Assembly (NCBI GenBank): GCA_045580645.1
Contig: JAZNOG010000039.1
Span: forward strand, 1 to 43,299
Direction of reading: 5' to 3'
From: Bacilli bacterium
GTDB lineage: Bacteria; Bacillota_I; Bacilli_A; RF39; UBA660
DNA: 43,299 nt
Numbering within the stretch: position 1 is the first letter of the stretch; each line of letters starts with the position of its first letter. Shown piece after piece: positions 27,184-35,717 of this stretch. The notes beneath the pieces are model-generated. The model saw only the letters and a list, made by a program, of their open reading frames with translations, was not told the origin of the DNA and made no database searches. The position numbers and the translations under genes are program-made.

Positions 27184-27727
27184 ATTTTTCCTCGTTAATA
27201 AAGTTTTCATCAACATTTTCGCCAATTTCTTTCATTAGTTCTTCCTCTTCATCTTCGTCCAATATTTCATCCCATTCATCTTCTTCTTCATCTACTACAA
27301 TTCTTACCTTTGCATCCCCAACAATTTCAATGCCAAGTTCTTTTTCAACATCATACTCAATATTATTATTTACAATATCTACTTTAGAACAAATAGGTTG
27401 TTTTAAACTCCTAACAATTACTTCTTCATTATTAGAAATATCACTTTCAGCTTTCTTACCAATTGCTAGTAGTTCATCATACTGTATAGTTTGTCTAGAT
27501 ACAACAGTTTTAGTATCATTATCATAAGAATACCAAATATTAACATCACATGAACCTTGAACTCTAACCTTATCCCCTTCCTTAAAACCACTAAACTTAT
27601 GATTTATAATCCAACAACCAAGTATAGTAGTAGGAAGTTCAGTAGGCACTAAAGTATAATGATTAGAAAATGTTTTCTTACCTTTACCAATTACAGTTTT
27701 AGTAACTATTTCTCTATAGCTAGCCAC
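27182..27727 (-). CDS. cotE: Outer spore coat morphogenetic protein CotE
   Basis: SYREIVTKTVIGKGKK...ILGCWIINHKF...DVNIWYSYDNDTKT plus an acidic C-terminal tail. This parallels B. subtilis CotE (EYREIITKAVVAKGRK...ILGGWIINHKY...INVWYSY). A GTG start at 27727 lies 8 nt after the GAGGGG SD. Confidence 0.85.
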   Translation of the reverse strand: MASYREIVTKTVIGKGKKTFSNHYTLVPTELPTTILGCWIINHKFSGFKEGDKVRVQGSCDVNIWYSYDNDTKTVVSRQTIQYDELLAIGKKAESDISNNEEVIVRSLKQPICSKVDIVNNNIEYDVEKELGIEIVGDAKVRIVVDEEEDEWDEILDEDEEEELMKEIGENVDENFINEEK

Positions 27728-27745
27728 GAGAATCACCCCTCAATT

Positions 27746-27773
27746 TAATGTATGCTAAAAACACTAAATTGTT
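27746..27773 (-). promoter_or_regulatory. Mother-cell sigma (sigmaK/sigmaE-like) promoter candidate for cotE
   Basis: On the minus strand: AC, 16 nt, CATACATTA. This fits the sigmaK pattern AC-N16/17-CATAnnnTA and the sigmaE -10 CATACAnT, and sits just upstream of the cotE SD. Confidence 0.4.
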
Positions 27774-27833
27774 GATAAAAAAATATCATTTGAATTTTTC
27801 CACATAAATCTTATCACAATATAAATTACAAAT

Positions 27834-27880
27834 AAAGAAACCAAAATGTAAAGAAACCAAAAGAAACCAAAAGAAACCAA
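27834..27880. repeat. Four copies of AAAGAAACCAAAA, three of them in perfect 10-bp tandem
   Basis: aagaaaccaa occurs three times at 27851-27880, with a fourth copy at 27834-27846. All lie immediately upstream of the -35 at 27894. Confidence 0.8.
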
Positions 27881-27893
27881 AATATTAAATTCA

Positions 27894-27922
27894 TTGACAA
27901 ATAAGCAAAAAAGTAATATAAT
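27894..27922 (+). promoter_or_regulatory. Perfect consensus sigma-A promoter for the 90-aa gene
   Basis: TTGACA (27894-27899), 17 nt, TATAAT (27917-27922). Confidence 0.7.
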
Positions 27923-27948
27923 GAAAACAACAAAAAAAGGGGGGTAAT

Positions 27949-28221
27949 ATGCATAATCAATATATGCCTGACAAAATTTTTCCAATGATTCCAAAATTTG
28001 AAGATAAATCAGAAAAAGAATTATTAGATAAACTTAAAGAAGATTTAATAAAAATAGCAGAAGAACATGGAATTGCAATAACAGAAGAATATGCAATTGA
28101 TATATTAAATGAATTATTAGGAAATAAAGTTCAAATATCAGACACAGAAGATGGATTATTCATTTTAACATCATCATTTAATACTAAATTAGAAGAAATA
28201 GTCTACCAAAGAACAAGATAA
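27949..28221 (+). CDS. Hypothetical small acidic protein (90 aa or shorter)
   Basis: The SD AAGGGGGGT precedes the ATG at 27949, a consensus promoter lies upstream, and a bidirectional terminator lies downstream. Confidence 0.6.
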   Translation: MHNQYMPDKIFPMIPKFEDKSEKELLDKLKEDLIKIAEEHGIAITEEYAIDILNELLGNKVQISDTEDGLFILTSSFNTKLEEIVYQRTR

Positions 28222-28249
28222 AAATCGCAAAAAAATGCGATTTTTTTTA
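28220..28249. terminator. Bidirectional terminator (90-aa gene and miaB)
   Basis: atcgca (28224-28229) pairs with tgcgat (28236-28241), flanked by an A-run and a T8 run. Confidence 0.7.
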
Positions 28250-28265
28250 TATAAAAAGAATATAT

Positions 28266-29681
28266 CTAATCAATACATTCTCCATCTAAACTCCAAGTTT
28301 TAGCGTCCACTATCTTAACATTAACAATTTCTCCTATTATAGAAGAATCACCTGTTAAATTAACTAATTTATTAGTTTCAGTATAACCCATTAAAAGATT
28401 ATTATCCTTTTCACTATAACCTTCTACTAAAACCTTTTGAATAGATCCAATTAACTTTTGATTGTTAATTAAAGCATATTTATTAACAAGTTCATTCAAT
28501 TTATATAATCTTTGTTCTTTTTCTTCTAAAGAAACACTATCCTTCATATTATAAGCAGGAGTTCCAACTCTTTTTGAAAAGATAAAAGTATAAGCTAAAT
28601 CATATTTACATTTTTCTACAACATCTAAAGTATCGTTAAATTGTTCTTCTGTCTCATTTGGAAAACCTACAATAATATCAGTCGTAATAGCAACATTAGG
28701 TATTTTTGTTTTTATTCTTTCAACCAAGTTTAAATATTCTTCCTTAGTATATCTTCTACCCATTATCTTTAACATATCACTATTTCCAGATTGAACAGGC
28801 AAATGAATGCTAGGCATAATATTATCGTATTTTGCTATAACATCTAACATTTCATCAGTAAAATCCCAAGGATGACTAGTCATAAATCTAACTCTTTCTA
28901 TTCCAGTTAAAGCAACATCAGAAAGTAAATTAGCCATGTTATAATCACTATTTAAGTCTTTACCATATGCATTAACATTTTGACCAAGAAGAGTAACTTC
29001 TTTATAACCATCACTTACTAAAGTTCTAACTTCCTCTAATATATCATCTTTGTTTCTACTTCTTTGTTTACCTCTAGTATAAGGAACAATACAATAAGTG
29101 CAAAACTTATCACAACCATACATAATGTTAACAAATGCCTTATATTTACTATTTCTATTAACAGGAAGACCCTCAACAATATTACCTTCAATACTTGGAG
29201 CTTCTACCTTAAGACCTTTTTCCTTAATTGATTGATATACTATTTCACACAATTCCTCTATTTTATGCGTTCCAAGCACAAAATTAAGCCATTTATACTT
29301 ATTAAGTATTTCAGTAGCCACAACCTCTTCTTGAGCCATACAACCCATAAAACCTACAATTAAATCCTTTTTAGTTTGCTTCATATGTTTAATTCTTCCA
29401 AGCATACCAAAAACCTTATTATGAGCATTCTCTCTAATTGAACAAGTATTTAAAATAATTAAATCAGCATCATCCATTTCGATAACTTTCTCATAACCCA
29501 TAAGTTCTAATAAAGCACTTATATTCTCACTTTCATGTTCATTCATTTGACAACCATAAGTTTTAATAAAATACTTTTTATCAACTGCAATATTCTTATA
29601 TTTATCATTAAATTCAAATTCCTTAGTTATAACTTCATTTTTAGTTCTAACTCTTGCTTCTTTTAAATTCGGTAATAACAT
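28266..29681 (-). CDS. miaB: tRNA-i6A37 methylthiotransferase MiaB
   Basis: An N-terminal cluster (YGCQMNEHESE), the radical-SAM motif CDKFCTYCIVPYTRG, and a C-terminal TRAM domain. Confidence 0.9.
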   Translation of the reverse strand: MLLPNLKEARVRTKNEVITKEFEFNDKYKNIAVDKKYFIKTYGCQMNEHESENISALLELMGYEKVIEMDDADLIILNTCSIRENAHNKVFGMLGRIKHMKQTKKDLIVGFMGCMAQEEVVATEILNKYKWLNFVLGTHKIEELCEIVYQSIKEKGLKVEAPSIEGNIVEGLPVNRNSKYKAFVNIMYGCDKFCTYCIVPYTRGKQRSRNKDDILEEVRTLVSDGYKEVTLLGQNVNAYGKDLNSDYNMANLLSDVALTGIERVRFMTSHPWDFTDEMLDVIAKYDNIMPSIHLPVQSGNSDMLKIMGRRYTKEEYLNLVERIKTKIPNVAITTDIIVGFPNETEEQFNDTLDVVEKCKYDLAYTFIFSKRVGTPAYNMKDSVSLEEKEQRLYKLNELVNKYALINNQKLIGSIQKVLVEGYSEKDNNLLMGYTETNKLVNLTGDSSIIGEIVNVKIVDAKTWSLDGECID

Positions 29682-29746
29682 AACATCACTTCCACGTATA
29701 AGATTATAAAAGAAAAAGATAAAATAATCAATATTTTACCTTATCT

Positions 29747-30436
29747 TTAAGCATTTTCTTTAATAACGCCATAAATTAAATCATCAAGCATTTTAGTTTG
29801 ATTATTTTCAAAAGCTTTCTTAATCTCTTCTAAATTACTCTTAATAAAATTTACAAGCTTTTCAAGTTTTGGTAATAATTCTTTTAAAGATAAACTATCA
29901 ATAATTATTTCTAAATTATTTAACTTAGAATACTTACCATAACTATCATTTTTAATATAATTTTCATACAAATTCTTAAAAGATACTAAATCAATGTTAT
30001 TAAATCTTTCATCCTCAAGTATCTTAATTGTTGTATAAATGTAACTATTGTTAATAGATTTGTCAAGTATTGTCTCCCCTTTTTTATTCCTTATATTTGG
30101 TATAAACATATCAATCTTTAAAAGTTGATTTATAATACCCATAACATCCAAATATTTTTTAGTCACAAGTATATGCGCAAATGTATCACCATCATTATTT
30201 TGATGATTTACATTCCATTCTTTTCTCTTCATGTATTTTAATACCAATTCATAAGAACCCTTTTTCAATAAATATGTTAAAACATCATCACCATTTTGAT
30301 TTGTTTCATTTATATCTACTATTCTTTTTGCTAGAATTTTATCCACTAAATCTAAATGTCCTTCATTAATAAGTTCAAATAAATTGAGCGGAACTTCTTC
30401 GCACATCCTTATCGCGCTTTCTTCATCATAAAACAT
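29747..30436 (-). CDS. Ankyrin-repeat protein
   Basis: About three ANK-like repeats, for example NQNGDDVLTYLLKKGSYELVLKYM, NNDGDTFAHILV and NKKGETILDKSI. Confidence 0.65.
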   Translation of the reverse strand: MFYDEESAIRMCEEVPLNLFELINEGHLDLVDKILAKRIVDINETNQNGDDVLTYLLKKGSYELVLKYMKRKEWNVNHQNNDGDTFAHILVTKKYLDVMGIINQLLKIDMFIPNIRNKKGETILDKSINNSYIYTTIKILEDERFNNIDLVSFKNLYENYIKNDSYGKYSKLNNLEIIIDSLSLKELLPKLEKLVNFIKSNLEEIKKAFENNQTKMLDDLIYGVIKENA

Positions 30437-30531
30437 TGTTTACTACACCTCTTTTTCACGTGACAGTTATATATTTTACCAGAAATAGCAAACAATGTCA
30501 AATTTTAAGACGTAAATAAGATGTCAACACC

Positions 30532-32337
30532 TTAATACTTATCAATAATTTCTTGAACAGAGGCCCCTAAATTATCTAATAAAATGTAATCACTAAAACC
30601 ATCATTTAGATAATGTTCTTTAATGCTCTCTTTATCTTTTTCAAGCATTATAACAACAGGAATATTAAAACCTTTAATCTTTTTCATTTCCTTAAACAAT
30701 TCAAAACCAGTCATATTCAAAAGTTCATCACTAATCAATATATAATCATACTTTCTACCTGAATTTAACTTCATAAGAGCATCTTTTCCATTCAACAAAT
30801 ACGAAGCAGTAATTCCATTGCTTTTGAACTTTTTCTTTAATAGACTAATACTATCTTTATCTTCACAAACAACTAAAACAGTTTTTGTTTTTTTAACATA
30901 ATATTCATACTGATCAAGAATAGACATTTTATTCTTTTCTTCACTAACTCTTTGATCAATAACAAGCATCATTTCAAAACCAAGTTCATCATTAGTCTTT
31001 ATCATAAGAGTTCCACCAAGTAGTTTAACTACTTTTTGACATAACTGCATACTCATTTCCTTTTTACCGATATTATTAATATCTTCTTCACTTAATTCAC
31101 CAGTAGAAGAAAGTATCTCATTAATTTCCTCCAAAGACATACCATTTGAAGAACTTTTTATAGAAATAATTAATCTACACACATCAAACCTATCAATAGA
31201 ATCGATCGTAAAATCAATAAATCCATTTTTTGTTCTTTTAACTGCATCTAAAAGAAGTGATAAAACCATTTGTTTAAGTTTAATACTATCACCATATAAA
31301 GATGGAATATTATTACTTATTTTTGTTCTAAACTCTACATTCTTACTTAAACAATTTTTTGCATTTATAACAATTTCATTATATAAATTATTAACATTAT
31401 ATTTATTATTAACAACCCTAAGCTTTTGAGCATCTAAACTATTAACATCTAATACATCATTAACAACAAAATCAAGTTGTTTTATATAATTATCTACTAA
31501 AACAATTCCTTTTTTAAGTTCTTCTTTGGTATTACTAGTTTTAAGTTCATCACATAAATTATGAATCTTAAATAAAGGTCTTCTTACTTCTTGAGTCATT
31601 TCAAATAAGAAATTAGATTTATCCTCATATGTTTGTTCAACTAAAGTTTTATTTTTATACAATTCATCAATCATATACAAATCAGGATTTTCTATTGTAA
31701 AATACATTATTACAGTAACAAACGTTTCCATCGCAGTTATCAAAAGTAATGCGGGATTAATCTTTTGAATAGCAACAACAATAATTATTAAAATAATAAA
31801 AATTAAAACAGGTAAATATTTTTTGCTTTTAATATTCTTATAATTAACAATTGTCATAACAAGCCATGAAAGAATTGATAAAGTAGTAAGAGCATACACC
31901 ACATTCGCACTTGGACCATATGAATATCCAATACCATTTTCACCAAAATAATATAAAGGTAAAGCATATATCAAAATAATTACAAAACCAAATATAGTTA
32001 AAATAATCTTTTTAAACTTCTTATAAGACTTTTCAAATTCTTTATTACTTACCTTATTATATGATATTAAATACACATATAAAGTAAACACTATAACCCA
32101 AGTTGCAAATAAAACAATCAGCGTTTTAGAAACACAATTATTTAAAAAAGGTAATTCCTGAGCATTCATAATAGTTAAAAAACTCATTAAAGCAATAACT
32201 ATATTAAAAAAATTGATTATAAGTAAAAAACTATAAATTCTATTTTCTAAAGTTTTTATCCTCTTTTTAGAAAAAAAACAAATCAACACCAAAAGATTAT
32301 ATACTAAACTAAGTATCGTATAAGCATTATTGGTCAC
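30532..32337 (-). CDS. Multi-TM hybrid histidine-kinase-like protein with degenerate catalytic and receiver motifs
   Basis: It has about 6-7 N-terminal TM helices. A HisKA-like region reads KSNFLFEMTQEVRRPL, with Q where the phospho-His should be. The HATPase-like region is LLLDAVKRT...SSSNGMS...KKEMSMQLCQKVVKLLGG. The REC-like C-terminus is VVCEDKD..ILISDELL..VVIMLEK..DYILLD. GTG start. Confidence 0.75.
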   Translation of the reverse strand: MTNNAYTILSLVYNLLVLICFFSKKRIKTLENRIYSFLLIINFFNIVIALMSFLTIMNAQELPFLNNCVSKTLIVLFATWVIVFTLYVYLISYNKVSNKEFEKSYKKFKKIILTIFGFVIILIYALPLYYFGENGIGYSYGPSANVVYALTTLSILSWLVMTIVNYKNIKSKKYLPVLIFIILIIIVVAIQKINPALLLITAMETFVTVIMYFTIENPDLYMIDELYKNKTLVEQTYEDKSNFLFEMTQEVRRPLFKIHNLCDELKTSNTKEELKKGIVLVDNYIKQLDFVVNDVLDVNSLDAQKLRVVNNKYNVNNLYNEIVINAKNCLSKNVEFRTKISNNIPSLYGDSIKLKQMVLSLLLDAVKRTKNGFIDFTIDSIDRFDVCRLIISIKSSSNGMSLEEINEILSSTGELSEEDINNIGKKEMSMQLCQKVVKLLGGTLMIKTNDELGFEMMLVIDQRVSEEKNKMSILDQYEYYVKKTKTVLVVCEDKDSISLLKKKFKSNGITASYLLNGKDALMKLNSGRKYDYILISDELLNMTGFELFKEMKKIKGFNIPVVIMLEKDKESIKEHYLNDGFSDYILLDNLGASVQEIIDKY

Positions 32338-32417
32338 AATACCACTCCCTTTTTACTATCGTTATTCTATCTAAATTGTAACAAAAAGAGTAGAAAAAGT
32401 CCACTAAAAAAGAACTA

Positions 32418-34346
32418 TTATTTTCTAGTTCTTTGTAATACCATTGATTTTTCTTTTGCTTCCAAAGCTTTATAATCAACTTTTCCTATATTAGTTAAAG
32501 GTATTTCATCTACCTGTTCATAAAAATTAGCAATATCTCTAGTAGGAAGTTTTCTACCAATTTCTGTTTTTAATTCTTCAAGAACTTCTTCATAATCGTC
32601 CTTAAATTCATCTTTTAATACAATATACGCTACTGGATAAGCACCATGTTCATGTTTATCACTAGGTCTACCAACAACTGCTGAAGCATGAACTTTAGGA
32701 TGTCTATTAATTATTTCTTCAATAGCAAAAGGTGGAACATTATGTCCATCAGGACGAATAATAATTCTTTTCATTCTTCCATCAATAAAAATATTACCAT
32801 TTTCATCCATTCTACCCAAATCCTCAGAACGAACCCATTTCTCACCAGTATTAGTAGTAAAAAACACTTTAAAGGAAGCTTTCTCATTATTTAAATAATC
32901 ATTTATCACTGTAGGACAAAGCATAAATATTTCCCCAACTTCTCCATAAGATAGTTCCTCATGTGCATCTATATTAAAATTAGTAAGCTCAATAGCTTCT
33001 CCATTTTCATCAACCATTGGTTTTAAAAATCTAAAATTATCCCCAATCAAAGGAATACCAACACTACCATTTTCATTGCATCTAAAATCTCTAGTATATG
33101 TTGAACAAGAATTAACTTCAGTCATTCCATATCCTTTAGTAACCCTAGCACTACTACCATGTTCGATCAAAAATTTATCAACATCTGCTTCTAAATCAGG
33201 AATCATTCCATCCCCACCAACAATAACATTCTTCAAAAATGAACAATCAAGTTTTTGCATTGATGGATGTTTTATTAAATCAACCATGAAAGCTGGCACC
33301 CCCATTATTGTTTGAGGTTTATGTTTTTTAACAAGACTACCTAACATCTCTGCTTGATTATCAATATTAAATGTTGGAATCATTACTAAGTTTTGTCCAG
33401 TACAAAGTTGTCCATGAATCCCTATTGCAAGACCATAAGCAATAAATGGTGGCATAATAAGCAAAAATTTATCCCCCACTTCTACATTAACAATAGAATC
33501 TGATTGAAAATAAGCCATATTATTAAATGCCTCATTTGAAGATACTGCACCCTTTGGTTCACCACTAGTGCCACTAGTGTAAATAATAACAGAATCCATT
33601 CCTTTTTCATATTCTGCCTTAGTTACTATAGTATCCTTACCATCTTTAATAAAACTTACAAAATCAACATATGAATCTCTATAAGATAAATTCTTCTTAT
33701 AGTTTTTATAACCTTGATCAATAGATTTTTTAATTTCTCTTAAACCAAAAGGTAAAGATTCAAAAGGTGAAACAAATACTGTTTTTTTAAGTTTTGTATC
33801 ATCAATAAGTTCATTTATCTTAGGATAACACTTATCAATTACTACTAAAAATTTAGAATTAGACATATTTATATAATCTTTAAGTTTATCTGTTGGAACA
33901 CGAGGATCAACCATATTTATAGTTGCGCCAATCTTATTTAAAGCATAAATACTATAAATAGTTTCAGGCATTGAAGGCATTGCAACACTTACAACATCAC
34001 CTTTTTTAACGCCCATTTTAACAAAAGCCTTAGCAGTTTCTTCTATTTTCTCTATAAGTTTCTTATAACTTATCCTATTGCCATAATAAGTAATAGCAGT
34101 GCTATTCATATTATTTTTATTACAATGAATCATATAATCATACATGCTCATTAGTGGTAAACTTTGGTCAATTTTTTCATCCCTATAATATTTTAACCAA
34201 ACTTTATCAATGCTAGGAACACCAGTAGAAGGACCATAAATTGTTCCTTCAGCAATTCCTTTCAAATATAAATCCCTTTTTCTTTTTTCTTCTTCACTAA
34301 GTGAACTAATTTTTTCACGATAATCCTTTAAATATTTTATATTCAT
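32418..34346 (-). CDS. AMP-forming acyl-CoA synthetase/ligase (ANL superfamily)
   Basis: YTSGTSGEPKG, GYGMTE and a C-terminal IGKVDYKAL. The start is set at the ATG at 34346 with an AGGGAGG SD. Confidence 0.85.
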   Translation of the reverse strand: MNIKYLKDYREKISSLSEEEKRKRDLYLKGIAEGTIYGPSTGVPSIDKVWLKYYRDEKIDQSLPLMSMYDYMIHCNKNNMNSTAITYYGNRISYKKLIEKIEETAKAFVKMGVKKGDVVSVAMPSMPETIYSIYALNKIGATINMVDPRVPTDKLKDYINMSNSKFLVVIDKCYPKINELIDDTKLKKTVFVSPFESLPFGLREIKKSIDQGYKNYKKNLSYRDSYVDFVSFIKDGKDTIVTKAEYEKGMDSVIIYTSGTSGEPKGAVSSNEAFNNMAYFQSDSIVNVEVGDKFLLIMPPFIAYGLAIGIHGQLCTGQNLVMIPTFNIDNQAEMLGSLVKKHKPQTIMGVPAFMVDLIKHPSMQKLDCSFLKNVIVGGDGMIPDLEADVDKFLIEHGSSARVTKGYGMTEVNSCSTYTRDFRCNENGSVGIPLIGDNFRFLKPMVDENGEAIELTNFNIDAHEELSYGEVGEIFMLCPTVINDYLNNEKASFKVFFTTNTGEKWVRSEDLGRMDENGNIFIDGRMKRIIIRPDGHNVPPFAIEEIINRHPKVHASAVVGRPSDKHEHGAYPVAYIVLKDEFKDDYEEVLEELKTEIGRKLPTRDIANFYEQVDEIPLTNIGKVDYKALEAKEKSMVLQRTRK

Positions 34347-34414
34347 ACCTAACCTCCCTATATTTTTAACATCAATAAACATATCTATCATAGCATATAA
34401 AATAAATAAAAGTC

Positions 34415-34440
34415 AAAAAAAAGAACGATTTTCATCGTCC
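34415..34440 (-). terminator. Intrinsic terminator after tuf
   Basis: On the minus strand ggacgat pairs with atcgttc around the loop gaaa, followed by T8. Confidence 0.7.
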
Positions 34441-34449
34441 TTAAATTTA

Positions 34450-35634
34450 TTATTCAATAATTGCAGATACTGAACCAGCACCAACTGTTCTTCCACCTTC
34501 ACGGATAGAGAATTTAGTTCCTTGTTCAAGTGCAATTGGATGAATTAATTCTACAGTCATTTCTACATTGTCTCCTGGCATAACCATTTCAACTCCTGCT
34601 GGAAGTTCGATAACACCAGTAACGTCTGTAGTTCTGAAATAGAATTGTGGTCTGTAGTTAGCAAAGAATGGGGTATGTCTTCCACCTTCTTCTTTAGATA
34701 ATACATAAACTTGAGCAGTAAATTTCTTATGTGGAGTAACTGATCCTGGTTTAGATAATACTTGTCCACGTTCAACTTCTTCACGAGAAATACCACGTAA
34801 TAATACACCAGCATTGTCTCCTGCTTCAGCATAATCTAAAGATTTTTTGAACATTTCGATACCTGTAACAACAGTTTTCTTAGTATCTTTAATACCAACG
34901 ATTTCAACTTCATCGTTAAGTTTTAATTGTCCACGTTCAACACGTCCTGTAACAACAGTTCCACGTCCAGTGATTGTGAATACATCTTCAATACTCATTA
35001 AGAATGGTTTTTCTGTATCACGTTCTGGAGTTGGAATCCATTCATCAACAGCAGCCATAAGTTCTTTTACTTTTCCTACATATTCAGGATCTCCTTCAAG
35101 AGCTTTTAATGCAGAACCAGTAATAACTGGAGTGTCATCTCCTTCGAATCCATATTCATTTAATAAGTCACGAACTTCCATTTCTACTAATTCTAGTAAT
35201 TCTGGATCATCAACCATATCACATTTATTTAAGAATACAACCATTCTTGGTACTCCTACTTGACGTGATAATAGAATATGTTCTCTTGTTTGAGCCATTG
35301 GACCATCTGTAGCAGCAATAACTAAGATAGCTCCGTCCATTTGAGCAGCACCTGTAATCATGTTTTTAACATAATCGGCATGTCCTGGACAATCTACGTG
35401 AGCATAGTGACGATTGTCAGTTTCATACTCTACGTGAGAAGTGTTAATTGTAATTCCACGTTCCCTTTCTTCTGGAGCTTTATCAATATTTGCATAATCA
35501 ACGAATTGTGCTCCTCCTTGTTCTGCTAAAACTTTTGTAATAGCAGCAGTTAAAGTTGTTTTACCGTGGTCAACGTGACCAATTGTACCTACATTAACAT
35601 GTGGTTTACTACGGTTAAATTTTTCTTTTGCCAT
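34450..35634 (-). CDS. tuf: Elongation factor Tu
   Basis: [22 protein letters not shown]. Confidence 0.98.
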   Translation of the reverse strand: MAKEKFNRSKPHVNVGTIGHVDHGKTTLTAAITKVLAEQGGAQFVDYANIDKAPEERERGITINTSHVEYETDNRHYAHVDCPGHADYVKNMITGAAQMDGAILVIAATDGPMAQTREHILLSRQVGVPRMVVFLNKCDMVDDPELLELVEMEVRDLLNEYGFEGDDTPVITGSALKALEGDPEYVGKVKELMAAVDEWIPTPERDTEKPFLMSIEDVFTITGRGTVVTGRVERGQLKLNDEVEIVGIKDTKKTVVTGIEMFKKSLDYAEAGDNAGVLLRGISREEVERGQVLSKPGSVTPHKKFTAQVYVLSKEEGGRHTPFFANYRPQFYFRTTDVTGVIELPAGVEMVMPGDNVEMTVELIHPIALEQGTKFSIREGGRTVGAGSVSAIIE

Positions 35635-35717
35635 AATTTTTTCCTCCTTTTTTAATTACAATATAATTTTATCTAACAATTGATATTTTTTCAACTGTTA
35701 TTATTATTTTTTTTGAA

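Noticed and set aside
27764-27994. 76-aa hydrophobic minus-strand ORF between cotE and the 90-aa gene
   Set aside because: It has a TTG start with no SD. It overlaps the consensus plus-strand promoter and the start of the plus-strand gene. The 10-bp tandem repeats are read in three different frames, which is not how coding repeats behave. A real small membrane protein cannot be fully excluded.
34563-35529. Three ORFs (34563..34832 minus, 34847..35263 plus, 35341..35529 plus) overlapping tuf
   Set aside because: They are alternative or antisense frames of the highly conserved EF-Tu gene, with no SD and no recognisable product. The same applies to 35669..35872 and 37509..37697 over fusA, and to 38125..38346 over rpsG.
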